DNA from: Antedon mediterranea
Lineage: Eukaryota > Animalia > Echinodermata
Assembly (NCBI RefSeq): GCF_964355755.1
Contig: NC_092670.1
Span: 13,626,795-13,690,794 of the forward strand
Direction: 5' to 3'
Length of the DNA: 64,000 nucleotides
Below the pieces are notes generated by a model that worked only from the letters and a program-made list of their open reading frames with translations, made no database searches and was not told the origin of the DNA. The position numbers and the translations under genes were made by a program. Positions 43,859-57,619 of the stretch are shown here, piece by piece. Every line of letters begins with the position of its first letter. Positions within the stretch are counted from its first letter, which is position 1.

Positions 43859-45866
43859 AACACAATGTCATTGTGTGCAATTCATTTTATTCTAATAATA
43901 GCATACTGTATGGAAATTCGTTTTATTAATGGTAATGCAAAGTTGTATCAGATAATAAAAGTTTTCCTAAATCAATAAATCTTTACTCCATGCTGTAACT
44001 GACAGTAACACTGTTTATAGTCGCATGTGAAGCGTGTCGATATTTTGTTCGCGTGTAAACTTCTCTATCTAACAAACAAATAATGCTCCATAATGAGAAT
44101 ATACCTTCTGGGAAGAATGTATCAATCAATCCGATTCTATAGGTATCTTTTATGCATCTATTAAGTATTCCTTATTCTGAGATGCATGCCGCTTAATTGT
44201 TTAATGTTCTAGACTGTATTTAAACCTAATATTGGTAAATATGATAAGTATTTTGGCACAATTATTCAATACATACCGTATAGTGAGCTCGAATTCTAGA
44301 AAAAAATCAAAACGTCGCTGGTTAGACTGTACTAACACACGGAAACATAGATAGACTTGGGGAAAGTAGGCCTATATTCACATTTCTTATTGTTGAAAAG
44401 TTTAAAAATGACATTATGCTTTAATTGCTCAGGCCGAATTTAATATTAAATCGATCAAACGCATGCGTCGATTGGCATGTATAAATTACCGTCTCCTTTT
44501 GTATACCCTGTCGATACGAAATTTCACTATCGGGGCTAGTAACGGGCTTAAACACATGTTCACTTCCGGATTCGCAGTTGTCACTTTGGATGCATGAGCG
44601 CCCTCTCGCGATTTGCACCCTCTAGGAAAGTTCAGGCCATACTCTTGCAATATGCAATTCATTTTTTGACTAGCTGTATTATTTTGGAAGTTGTATTAGC
44701 TTTTTTGAACACAACATTATTGTTTAAATAATTTAACATTCATAATCAATTAATTATTAAACCTATGGATTCCTGCTGCAGGCATGATGTGGGAGAATTG
44801 AACAAAATGCAACCTAGATTACTGTCTTCGGTCAACTACATCCTTGAGACACTTTCATGAATACGGTCCTATAATTATGTTGGAGATAATAAAGTATGCT
44901 AATGTAGAATTATTATATTGTAAGATCATCATGCCTCTTCAAATGGCGTGATTTGTATAAGTTGTTTATTGCCACTTTCACAGGCCTACAAAACTAAGAA
45001 AATAAGGCCTAGAATCGTCTACGAGAGAACTTTAGTCGACGCGAGCTACTTAGGTAGTGCATTGTTTTTCTCTTTTTATCATAATTAACCGTATTAAAAC
45101 GCACATTTAAGACAAGAAATGACCTGGTTTAATGTTTTTAAAGTTATATATAAGCATTATTTTTACAAAACGTTAACAATTGCAGGTGTAGTGTCTTTAA
45201 CTACAACATTGAGAGAAAAAGAGAGTAGAGTAACGCTGATCTGCACTACGTACGTGCATTAGACAGTGTGTTTTGCAAGTATGACGTCATGAACTCAGGC
45301 ATGCATCATGATATATGTACGCCCTCTATAGTTTCTGCCTTAACCTAATAGGAAACAAAATAAACAAAAAAAGAAGTTTCCGTCGGGCCTCGCAGTACGT
45401 TGTATTTTAAAAGAAAATGTTATTAGGTTTTCATTTGTACCAAGCCTACAATGGTTTTCATGAAAGACATTAATCGGTTAATGAGATTTTAATTCATTAT
45501 AATAATTGTAATTTTAAAGTTACGCTTAATGTTAGGTCAAGCATACTTGAATTAAATGTAATATCTATACGTAAATCGTATCTTCCTTCGTGATACGGTA
45601 AGAAAATCATTATTCTAGTTTCAATTTATCGGTCAGCTTAAATTTCCTATTCATTTTGATTACATCGTAATGTTATAACACATTACAATATCAAACTAGT
45701 TCACAGAAATTGTATCCTAGCCTAAATTGCTGACTGCAAAACATAAAATGTATTTTTAGGAAACCATAACGTTATTTATTATTTCTATTATTTGTCAAGA
45801 TTCTGATTATATTTGTCATATTTGAATAATTGGAGTAGTTTTCGGTAGATTACTTGTGGTTGCTTT

Positions 45867-46040
45867 AAACGCCGTGCACACTGAGGCGTAAAAACGAAGC
45901 GTGCTTTCGCGAGCGTTTCGAATTCACCCGCATTGAACGTTGGGAATCAACTTCTCGATCGTCTCGCGTTATGTTCACATTGAAATCGTTCGCTGTGTCA
46001 TAAAAATGCAGTTCGTTTTTACGCTTGATGTGTGTCGTTT
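45867..46040. mobile_element. Palindromic MITE relic
   Basis: Inverted arms gcgtaaaaacgaa / ttcgtttttacgc; CpG-rich interior. Confidence 0.55.
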
Positions 46041-46043
46041 CAG

Positions 46044-46199
46044 GTATCCTCAATGTGAACCGGACTCTAATGTGCTTATCTGGTTAGCTGCTTGCTTAAC
46101 GCCAAGCCTTGTGGGATTTGTGTTAATAGTAACAATGATATGGACAGTTTCAGTGGAATCATTCTTTTATGTCTTTGTCCCCACTGATGAGAAATTTCA
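46044..46199 (+). CDS. Candidate isolated 156-nt internal exon encoding a transmembrane segment
   Basis: Acceptor tcgtttcag|G and donor CA|gtaaga, phase 2-2, open frame YPQCEPDSNVLIWLAACLTPSLVGFVLIVTMIWTVSVESFFYVFVPTDEKF. No partner exons identified. Confidence 0.3.
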
Positions 46200-47501
46200 G
46201 TAAGACATTCTCCATGCATGATTTATAGTTAACTGGAAATATTATAATAATAATTATCAATTGAATGGTGAACTAATCATTCAATTGAATTGACAATTCA
46301 AATATAATATGATAGCGAGCCCAACTAATCACACGCCTATATACCTTGCTGAGATTTATTATAATGTACATTTCCCGACATGTTTCTAAAATGTAACATG
46401 TTTGACACATGCAGTAGAATTTCTATTAAAGGGATATCTCTGAGACTCAACAACACACTTCAATGCATGTATTGATATGAACGTAATAGGCTAGAACCCC
46501 TTATTTATGACACGCCTCGGAGGCACTCACATGGGACACTTTCGCAAGATATTTAACTTTACATGCAGCAACCCCGTTCTATATTGAAGAACACTAGGTA
46601 TCATAACAGTCCCCTTATTTAGTGGTGATACTTGCCAAATAAAGAAATTAAATATCCGCCTATAATCATGATAATAATTCATCGTACACAATTAAGTATA
46701 TTCCGCGAGATAATCAATTTAAGAAATAGTCAACCTAATCAATGAATCAACATTCCTTACCTGTATTTGTAAACAAATGTATTTAAAGAATTGCCTCAGA
46801 AATCGTTTATACTATACATTCCTCTTAAAGGTTGTTTCTATTGAAAATGCACAATTTCTATTCTTCCGACCGTTTTTGTGACTATAGGCCTAATTGAAGT
46901 AAAACTATGTCCTTATAGTACCATCGCATTGTGATACACACACATCTAGTTGAATCTCTTTAGCTATCAACAAGATTCGAATGTAATTCATTTCGGTAAA
47001 TAGCATTTTAAACTTTGATTATCCAGTTAGGTAATTAGATAACGTGAGTAAATTAGCATTAAATGCAGCCAACTGGGCCGAAGCCAGGCCCTCGAGTCAC
47101 AGTAATAGAATCGCCAGCTGTTGTAATTGATCGATTTATGCATCTTAACTACAATTATTCATCCCGATTTAATTAGTATGGATAAATATAAAAAAGAATC
47201 ATATATGATTACAATATGATAATTAGAAAATCACATCTAATTTATTTAAATTAATCTATATAAATGAAAAGTATCGGCTTACGTAGTAATATATGCCCAA
47301 GGTGGATTTAAATTGTATTTCGACCAGACAGCAACAAAGGATTCGACCCATTCCCCAACCTTATCAGAACTCTCTTTTTGCGGCACAAGTTATGTCAGGA
47401 ACTGACAAAATTATTATAAAACTGAGATTCGACACGGTTTGTATAACCTGCAGGACGAATTTGCCTCAGTTCTCACTTGAGGCGTACGGAAGCGCAACGT
47501 A

Positions 47502-47661
47502 AAGCTTGGTTCCCACTATGATGCAACGCAAGGACGTAAACGCAACGCAAGCGTGTTGACCAATGACAAGCGACAGTAAAATATATCCATCGCTGGTGAT
47601 TGGTCAAATCCCTTACGTTGCGTTACGTCCTTGCGTTGTGTCTCTAGTGGGAAAGAAGCAT
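47502..47661. mobile_element. MITE family A copy nested in an older relative
   Basis: Both TIRs present; family-A arm sequence continues after 47661 (ttggtcaactcgcttgcgttgcgtctacgtc). Confidence 0.8.
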
Positions 47662-49144
47662 AAGTGATTTCGCTCATCATTGGTCAACTCGCTTGCGTTG
47701 CGTCTACGTCTTTGCATTCAAGTAGGAATATGGGTTAGGCGATGTATTTCAAATATACAGTGAGACGAACTTATCTTTAAAGTTAAGTTCACGCTCAACA
47801 AATCTAATTATTTCTATCATATACCTCATGCAGTTATTTGTACCATCGCACTCATAAACATTCATTATTTTGCATAATATTGCAACGACGTAATATCATT
47901 AATTCTGCCACAATTAAAGTGTATAATTGAACGCTTCCGTTTCAAAATCTTTCAATGTATTTGGGTTATTGAGAAGGTAGGTAATACTTATTCACTTATA
48001 ACGAAAGGCTGTACCTTTTAGTGACAATGAAGTAAACCGCATTCTATTTATTATCTTTAAGTGCGAATTATGAAGAAACATATTATTTTTTACGTAACTT
48101 AACTCACCAAATGTTTTTATAGACCTTATAAATGTGTTATTGTCGGAACAGTAGCAATTTACAGTTCTACTAAAAACATAACATTTTAACTGTATTAATA
48201 AAACAAAAATATGAATGTTTTCTTTAAAAATATACAGAATGTATGTAATGATTGTAATAATTTGTAAAATGTAATGTAAGGTACAGGAGGTAGACGGTGT
48301 AGATTGTGGTGGGTTATAATAATGATAATTTAAGGTAGGCTAGGTTCACATTACTACCGGATTCAGGGCTTGTCTCTACTAGAATCGTTAGCTAGTCAGT
48401 CTTTAGCCGGATCAACACCACTTGCCGTTGGCGTTCCCATCAAAGGGTATTAGGCTACGCCATTCAATTCTATAGCCCAGGTAGTCCACGACTAAAAGCT
48501 CGGCTTTATGGACAAACCTACGGATGACAATTCGTCTCTGCCTATATTGTAAGTGAAAACATGAGGTATTCCCTAAGTCACACTTATTCATGAGTAAAAA
48601 CTCGTGCATTTAATTATAAAAAAAAAATCGCTAGCTCGATCGAATTTTGTATTAACACGCTTGCCTGGGAATTCGTGCACATCGATAACTCCAGCACAGC
48701 GAGCCATGACGACGTGCACCCAGCCCCAGAATATTGCGTGTATCGCGTTTGATAAAACGATACCATGTTAATTTCCGGACTTTTTTTAACCATTCATTTA
48801 TCTGCTGTAAATTAATGAGTCGAATGGCTTGAACATTATGTAGTCATAACCGTAGGTGATAATTTAACAGTCTCCAGATATGATCAAAATACTTAATTGG
48901 CACATTGTTGACAGAATTACAATTGTGTTTAGTAAGAATACGCCACGTATTTTGACGGATGTATGTGTAATAACGAACACCTTTGCATCACCATCGGCGT
49001 CTAATTAACCCAATTCGATTAAGAACAGGTAGTGGCAAATCGAAAACATCATTATATTAAACGTATCATTTATAAATAATAAGCACATATACTTATGATG
49101 TTGGATATGTACTCTTACGCGGTGATGTGTTGTTAAACATTTAA

Positions 49145-49473
49145 AGATGTATTGTAAAAAAAATGATTAAAAATGTTTCTGTTCAATATGCCATTTTAAT
49201 GTTACATAGTAGTTATCCACTTTGAAAAAAAAAACAGAAGAAAACAAATTTATTTACCTGAAGTAAAGCAAAAAATAATCCAATTGGCTGCCAGCCAATA
49301 GGGTTTTGGTTGAATTTAACCATTTATTTTGTCATTTTATAAGTGAAAACATTGTTTTTTTGGGGGTTTTTTTTCTGCGAAAGTGATTACCTTGATTAAA
49401 ACTACAAAATAACTTATTCAAAGTCTGATTAAATTAATCTTTATTTTTCATGTTTTTGAGAAACAATACATCT
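49145..49473. mobile_element. TTAA-flanked non-autonomous DNA transposon (Kolobok-like)
   Basis: TTAA|agatgtattgt...acaatacatct|TTAA. Purine-purine 5' terminus and TTAA TSD fit Kolobok better than piggyBac. Confidence 0.7.
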
Positions 49474-52400
49474 TTAAAACAATACAATATTCTTAATGTT
49501 AAGGCAATGGCAAAATGTACAATTTTAGAAGCGACGACCTCTTTAAGTAGGGGAAACTGAATAGGCATGTCCCCTAAACATGGTGCATATTCATTATAAC
49601 ACACATATTTCCCTTATTAGTTTCACGATAAATTTGCCGAAACATGGGGAAATAACACGGTTGTGTAGTGGCAATGCTATACCGTCTCAAAACTAATAGA
49701 AATACAATAGTTATTATATCTCTCTAAAAATGTATGGTATATATAAAAGTGCGGAATATTATCGATAACGTAACATCATAACTATTTTATTTAGGTAATT
49801 GTTCGATTTCTTATTTTATTTCGGAAGCCTGTATTTTTATTCTTATTTTCAATTATAATTGGTTCCACAATAATATAATTTTTTTTAATCGTTCTATTGG
49901 AAACACATAGAGTACACAATTCCTTTAATAAGATACACGGTAGATTAATGAATACAGTATATTAATGATATTGGAAATTTGATATGATCGATTGTTTAAT
50001 AGTTAACACACTAATCAAATCCACGTACACCTCTCCCGTAACGTTATAAAAATAGTCTCCCATATCTTTATATCGTAAACATGTTTTTTTTGTTATAAAT
50101 AATATTGTTTTTGTATTATAAACATCTTGTTACATAACACTCTGTAATGAACGGGTTTAAAAAATAAATTACACAAATGAGTATGGTCTATACCATGAAT
50201 AATTTGAATTACACGAATGATTTGTGTTACCGGCTGTTTATATTTTAAATCCGTAAAATTATGTTTATTTTTCTGATTGGTTTGCTTGGATGTCATGGAG
50301 GACATTGTGTAAGACTGTTTTGTACTGGGACACAAACAGGGAATTCCCTAACACGAGTATGTGGATGGGGCGGGAGTCAATAACATTTACTTTTATGAGG
50401 TATTTCCGTTATCAAGTTTATTATAATCTTAAAAATCTAATACAAATCGTTAGCGAATTTAGTAGAACAGATAACAGTCTCTCCCTATTCTTTACATAAT
50501 CTACCTGTATCAACTTATGTAATTACAGTGTCACATGTAATCTATATGTAACACGTACTATTAAGTTAAGCTGGCATATGACACAGAAATCACATGTGAT
50601 ACAGGACATCACATGATTTGCTGATAATGCATATGCTGAGAATCGGCTACCCCTTCTCTCCAAACGCATAACTTGAATACAAGACGTATCGGTATGCGTG
50701 AGTTATAATCATCATTTTTTACAAATATCAAACTGCATTTTAATGAGTTTAATATAATCTCACGGCGATGGGATTATGCGACGCACATTAATATCGCATA
50801 ATGTGTACGTGATTCAATCAATATCGGAGCGGTGATATTGGAAGAATTATCACATCATGTGGCACAACAACATTAATTTGTTTTCGATGCTGGGGTTTGA
50901 AATTTAAGGATGCACTATTAGACCTGTACAACCATGAGGTAATAAATATACATTTAAAAATAGTATTCACTGAGATTAGGCCTATTGGCAGAGAAACAAA
51001 AATGGTTACGTTACTTCAAAGTGTCATTCTATTAAATGTTACAAATTCTAAAAAATGTGCCTGGGAAGTAAAGTCGATTATCAACCTATAAATCGAACAG
51101 ATAGCTCGTTTAACGTTTTGAAAATAAATGGGGCGAATATGTATTATCAGTTGCTGACAGGGTAGCCCGTGGCATGAAGGTCCAGGCAGCGACATGACAT
51201 CCCTGATGTTATCATGATCTCTTACGTGTTTCGGGTGCAATGTCGAGTGGGGAAGAACACCATAAATGACTATCATACCACTAAAATTACATATTTTTCT
51301 ATTACCAAAATTTTTCTCAGAATTTAATACATTGTGTGAACAGATTGTTGTGGAACGTTCGGAGGAACGGCTATGTAAATATGATCTCGTTTCTAATGAA
51401 ATACTTATTTTGCCCCTAAAAGACATACAAATAAGGCAGTACTTTCAGTGGGCGTTGTCCCCACCAAATGGATAAAATAACATCGGCCAACATAAAGTCT
51501 CGCATGGTGGATTTAAAAATTCCAAGGTTTGTCCTTTTTGTACATATTATTATTGTAGTCTTTACCCCTACGTAAGTACAAAACTTAAAATAGGACCTTG
51601 CATATGTGAGTACCCAGAAATCAACACCCTCTTGAGTACAATGTACAGACTAGGGTAACGTCAAACAAAAATTATGGACAAATTAAATGTTTTCACTTGT
51701 CGAGTTTATCTAAATACTTACTTTGTACTGAGATACGCAAAGTGATCAGTGTTGTATTTAATAAAAACTGGCATTCATTCGCATCAAAACTTCTGTTATC
51801 CACAGTCAGTCAGTCCGTCTGTTTGATTACCAGAACACGAATATACACAAACCTCTATAAATACGATAGCTGCTCCAATACACGAAATATAAACATTGCT
51901 TGAATTTTGGGTAATTAATCTTGATTAGCCCAGCATTACACAGTTAAACAACATGTACGCTAGAATCGACGGATCAATCTCCTACATCAATGTTCTTTTA
52001 ATAAGCCGGCATTTGTATCGCTAGCGATTTGGCCTCAATTCGATTTGATTATTTTCGTTGATAGTTACTGACGTTCTGTTTATGGCATGGATTGAGGATA
52101 GGTAGTTCGTTCTTTAGACCAAATTATAAACACGAATACGGGCACGAATATTAACGACGCGAGATTGTTTTTTACCTATACGAAATAATTCAGCATTCGC
52201 CTACCTTGGTGTTACATCTGAACCCAGATAGGAAAGTATTGTGTTTCGGTGTTTTAGGAGGCATGCGTAGAAATGCACACCATTTATTACACAACGCGCA
52301 TCAGTCTCGAGATATTAAGTGACGTATTATTGAATCGTAAGACATTTTCGTATTCAAATACAACATTCTTTTAGAATAACATTCGTTAATTTTATTATCA

Positions 52401-52803
52401 CATAATAAACGGATGTTCATGTAAACAATAGTAGCTACAACTTACTTAATCTTGACTGATTTATATTTCTGTTTACGTTAGGTGCATAAAATCGTTTGTA
52501 TCAATTTATCTATATTCACATACCTACTTCTGTACACATTGGCATTAGGAGAACATTCACAATACATGTCTCTCCTCTGATTATTTTGTCTGTGACCCGG
52601 ACGCTGCGATTTATTTCAATTGATACTTTTAAGCCACCATGGCACCCATTTATACTTATACGCGGCACAAGGATGTAATGCAACGCGAGTGATTTGACCA
52701 ATCATAAGCGATGGGTTATTTAAACAGAAGCTCGTCATTAGTTACTTTCAAACGAGTTGCGTTTCTAATGGAAACCAAGCTTTAAAATGTAGCCTACCGG
52801 ACG

Positions 52804-52995
52804 CAGTGGCGTAACGGATATGGGCGCTCACTTAGCTAAACCCGGAGCTTACGGGGGCCACTGAGCAGTGCCAAGAGGTAAAAACAGGTATTAAAAAATA
52901 TGTCGAAAAGGCTAAAAACGCCCGAGGCCTCTAGCGTTGGAGGGCCACTTAGGGTTCCTAAACTAGGGGCCTCAGGCATCTGCGTTACGCCACTG
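52804..52995. mobile_element. hAT-like MITE, copy 2
   Basis: Perfect TIR cagtggcgtaac / gttacgccactg; 8-bp flanks accggacg / gccggact (6 of 8 match). Confidence 0.85.
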
Positions 52996-53659
52996 GCCGG
53001 ACTAGGCCTAAAATGTTATTATGTATCGTGACGTCATGTTTTACATTTGTAAATAATTATGCATGAAAATTCAACACACACTTATACATCCTTATAGCCT
53101 GCGCCCACTACGCGAATAACATTCGTGTAAAACTTAACTCACGTGAGATTTGGTCTTCTGTGAAAACCATACACAACTATTTTACAACTTTTACATACCA
53201 CCCACACTCGCTCACATTAGTTATTAATAACAATTATTCGAAACTGTCTTGTCAAGAAGTCTCTCGCCTGAAACAGGAGAAATTGCGTGATACCTCAATA
53301 GGTGGTTGATTTCATCAGACGATTAAAACGTGCCTTTAGAATAAAACGGTACATTAAAGATGGGTTATGTCCACGACTGCTTCAGATAACAAAACTATCA
53401 AACTGGGAACGTTGTAATTAACAACCTCCCAAACATTCCGTGGCAGTCATAATTCTTTCAAATGTTTTACACGTACAAGAGGCTTAAAAACCTTTAAAGG
53501 CAGATGACATAGGATTAATGAGGATTATAACAGGAATAAGTTAAGTTTAAAGGATAGTTAGGAAAATGCAGTTTTGATATTAAAAAAAGTATAACAATGT
53601 AATAGTAATTATAGTCACATAATGTGTAAAAATAAATTACAATCATTATAGGGCCTATT

Positions 53660-53945
53660 ATTTTTTATTTTATTTTATGTCGTTAGGCAATGTGGCCAAT
53701 AATTATTAAATTAATCACTGTCCTATCAGATTTTGTGAACCAGTAATTCACCGGGGTAACCCACTACTCTTCTCGAATACTGAACTGGGTTCTTTGAAGA
53801 AGTGCACTCATGCTATAATAGTAATACAGTTTATATTCCTTATACAAGAAGACTTGTTCCAACACCAGAACTAGGGGCGAGTCGGCCTCGAACCCTTGTC
53901 GGTTTTGTTTAGGTACGGCGAACGGCTGCCCTGCCTTTAACTCGC
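53660..53945 (-). mobile_element. tRNA-headed SINE with a Nin-domain-like core
   Basis: Minus strand has B-box ggttcgag, core aaagaacccagttcagtattcgagaagagtag resembling the Nin-SINE central domain as I recall it, and an A-rich tail. Confidence 0.65.
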
Positions 53946-54269
53946 AATTATATGGATTTTAAATCCGTACATTCTTGGAAGAATTTGTTTTTGAATCAAA
54001 ATAGTTTTATTTTTTTAGGAAAATGTCGCCGTGTTTATTTTCAAATTAAAAAAAAGTACAGTTAATATATATCCATTGAGCTAATTTTATAGCTCCATGA
54101 TGTAGTAACTATCCAAATATGTCAATACTTGATATTAATCGAAAAGTGCAACTTGTGAACGAGCTTGTTAAACCGCATGAAAATAACATTACAACAAACA
54201 TTGTAAAGTACGTTCATTTTGTAAATAGCGTTTAAGCGTCTATTAATTTTGACTTACGGAATGATTATA

Positions 54270-54450
54270 AAACGGCTTACATGACGTATGTTGTGTTTGC
54301 ATAGGTATAGACAATTCATTCCGAAGCATTTCTACACCATTAAGATAAAGCCAAGATAATTAATCACTCAAGATGTTTAATTTAAACGAAATGATTTTTG
54401 AAAGATCAGTTAACTACATAATTAACTTCCGAAATGTCTAAAAATTTTAA
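54270..54450 (+). repeat. Dispersed repeat paralogous to 63140-63530 (empty site for the MITE at 63173)
   Basis: acgg.ttac.tgacgtatg.tgtgtttgc...acaattcattccga..catttctac.ccatta.gataaagc.aagataattaatcact is present in both. Confidence 0.8.
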
Positions 54451-54859
54451 AATACATGGAACACCATTGGTTGATTGTATGAGGAAAAATTCAGTTTACC
54501 TTGATGACTCTGTGTAGTAGTGGGTAAGGGGGTTATAAAGGGCGTATTAGTGTACAGTTAAACAACACAATGTATATATCACGTCGTATAGGCCCTATAT
54601 GACAAAATATAATGTCTAGCTGATTTGTAAAATGATTATTATCAAATGAATATATATATATATATGAAAATGTATCTTCACTAATTTGTTCCAAATTAGA
54701 TTTCACGTATAATTAGTAGGCTACATATTTAGACATAGATTCGTTACCGAAATGAACTGAAATGTGCCCTTGGATTCGTGTGTGGGGTGAATCTACCAAA
54801 AGTAAATTTGTACTGTAAACTAAATTGGTTTCGGTCTTCACAAGATCATTTATAACCTA

Positions 54860-55380
54860 CTAAACATGCGCACAATTGTATTACTAACTCTTTGCTACTG
54901 CTTCATCTAATTGGTTAACACAAACCGTTAAATGTGTTCTTTTCAGTTTTACATTCAATGACAAGTATGCATTTCAGAAGAGGGCGTTTTACTAAACTAA
55001 ACATGCGAACATGTTATCAACATGTGTGGTGCTAATGTATACACGTTTCTAATTAGTGTTTACCATGTACAACTCGTTGAATGTTTTGAACTTTTACATT
55101 CAAAGTTTAAAAGAACAGTATAGACGTTATGTAAAGTAAACGTAAGATTGTTGAAGTATCTCAGAAGAGGGCATTGTTTTAGACTATTTGTAATGCGTAA
55201 CATTGTTTGCTACTGTTTACATTTTTAATTGGTGACGTGTTTACCACATTATGAACTCTTTAAATGTTTTCCAATCCAATTCTACATTCATTGGAAATTA
55301 CATGATTACAATGATTATATCGTACAGTAAGTAAAATTAAGATTGTCAAACTTCAGAAGAGGGCGCTGTACTGAACCGCA
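54860..55380 (+). repeat. Old ~190-bp tandem repeat x3 with conserved TCAGAAGAGGGC motif
   Basis: Motif at 54974, 55161 and 55353 (spacing 187 and 192); shared gcta.tg, taatt.gt and tacattca blocks. Confidence 0.75.
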
Positions 55381-56049
55381 CAAATACTACTGTATTTTAA
55401 TATCATGGAGATTGCGCTAATGAATATCGAACTAATGAATATCGCCCGTTCGTGCTTATGGATATCGTACTACCTTTAAAAAAGGGACACGTTTGACAAA
55501 CAAGGTTAAAACGCAAATTCAGGTTGCCCCATCGTTGTCCGCTTCTAAATTAAGACAAGGGCGTATTACTACTGCCATTGATTTTAGTTATAGATACGTA
55601 TTTTCTAAAAAGAAATGCTTACGAATTTGTCTACTGTTTTATTAACTCTAAATGACATGAAAGAGGATCATCATGCACAATACCAATAATTCGTCATGTG
55701 ATGAATATACAATATTAATCATATTATGTCCTGCAGCTGTATTTTTTTCTGTTCATCATTTTTACTTTATTTTTTCACACTTTATCTACTGGTATGATAT
55801 TCATTTGTGGATTTCATTATTTTAAAATTTAAATTTTTTAAACTTTATTTGTATTTATTTTTTCAACATTTTCTTTTTTTTTTAATTGATTTGTAAAGGC
55901 AATCCCGTCAAAAGATTCACATCTTTCTGAGATCTGCCTTCGTTCATTTTCTTGCTGATTGTTGTTTTTTTGTTACTTTTTGTCTTTTGGACGTTAATAA
56001 ATTTTCTTTAAATTGAATTAAAATGAATTATCCTGCTGATTTCCACTAC

Positions 56050-57240
56050 GTATATGCCTAACTATCAGGTGAATCTCATTCCACTACTCGGAACATCTGG
56101 TGGCATCCACTTTCGCATAAGTATGCCATCCTTTATATAATAACAAACAGGAACAATAGACATTTCAAGAAAGAGCTGGCTGACCAAAGGACACAAAATC
56201 AGGATCTTTGCTCTGCTCTTCCGCTAACCTAGACCGACTGAGAAGTGCCTGACCGAAATCACACACTTTGGGATGCTGTTGTTCAGCTTGGGAAATGTGT
56301 GACTCGGGACCTGCTGAGCAGACAGTCTCTTGGGAAACGCGACCGGTAATTTAATCACTAAAGTCAATGCTCTCATCCTCATCTATGGTTTTATTGGTCA
56401 TATATCACATCACCGTACACAATGGAAACACATGTGATAATTCTTTCTCTAAATACACCGTGCTTCCACAGTACTCTTCTAACTCATTCCCCAAAAAGAG
56501 TTTCACATACCATATTGGAAGACTCGGAACGACACTGAAAAAAAAATCTCCGCTAACAATATCCGTTTCAATCCGAATTACATGAAGTTTGACTTCCTTA
56601 TAACCCCTTCAACACCTAGAATGAGCACATTTGCTCCAGCAGAAGACTCGTTTTAAAATGTCAATGTCGATTCTAATATCAGGGATTGTGACGCCCTGTG
56701 TCTAACTTTACTACTCAGATTCAATTGTTTTCAATGCTACAGAACCAGTCGAGAGGGGCTTAGATAGTTTTTGCACTGTAGATTGACTCAATTTGCACTT
56801 CCATCAACGTCATGATTCTGTCTATTTCAATTAGGCCTATTAACCAACGTGTTTGTACGTGATTGGTTTCTTTATTCCATTTAACTTTGCTTTGAAACAG
56901 CCAGTAATCTTCCTTTATTGAAAGAGAATTCCTATCTAACACCTTGTGCATGAGCATTATAATTATGGGCAACAGAAGCCATTTTCACTCAATTACCAAC
57001 TTTCTGCTCCACTAGATGTGTACAAACTCCGGTAGGGGAATAAGATAAAAACTCCTCAACTAACAATCTCGGGCGAAGCTTTCCAAATTCACTCCTCCAA
57101 ACTACACCATCTATCAAAACAAATCTGCTTCTTACGTGTAAATTGAGTAAATGGTTGATCATAATGTTTACATAGGTTCCTTAATTCCTGTCGATCCTCT
57201 GGAAATAACTCATAATCATGTTTTTTGAATTTCTATTGTT
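56050..57240 (-). mobile_element. Decayed Gmr1-like Gypsy LTR retrotransposon (SCAN-like gag, protease, integrase N-terminus)
   Basis: Frameshifted translation: YELFPE..QELRN...QFTRKKQICFDRWC...KLR..LLVEEF...HLVEQKV (gag); DTG.SQSLILES...GANVLILGVEG...LH...DIVSG...PSLP...LFLGNEL (protease); LAEEQSKDPD...KDGILMRKWMPPDVP..WNEIHLIV (region preceding the integrase zinc finger). Confidence 0.8.
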
Positions 57241-57559
57241 ATTCTTTCAAATTACAAGTACCATAACAAAATGTTGTTTCCAAGTTATAGGTCCATTAAG
57301 TTTTGTGTCTTTTATTTCATCGTGCATAAAAAGACTAAATATATCTTATAGATCTGTTTAATCAGTGCAGAATCAATATTGATTTGTTATAAACAAACGT
57401 AATAAATATATTTATTTCAAATATATACATTTTCAAGGGCCTTTTCAAGGAACGAACCCTGTAAAGTTAATACTATTACTACTAACAATTTTAGAACTGC
57501 ATTAGCTGACCACTCCTGAAACATTCCCGTCGTATAAATTGAACTCGCGTTTTGTAGCC

Positions 57560-57619
57560 ATGTTCTCGTATACGATATATGTTGTTTTGGCAATTGCTGG
57601 AATTATCGGTTATGTCGAA
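57560..57619 (+). CDS. Shisa-like (WBP1/VOPP1-type) small TM protein, coding exon 1 (signal peptide)
   Basis: gccATG start, MFSYTIYVVLAIAGIIGYVE, donor GAA|gtaagt, phase 0. Confidence 0.75.

Noticed and set aside
44504-44545. miR-10-like sequence taccctgtcgatacgaaatttc
   Set aside because: Several mismatches to miR-10, and no pre-miRNA hairpin with a separate complementary 3' arm.
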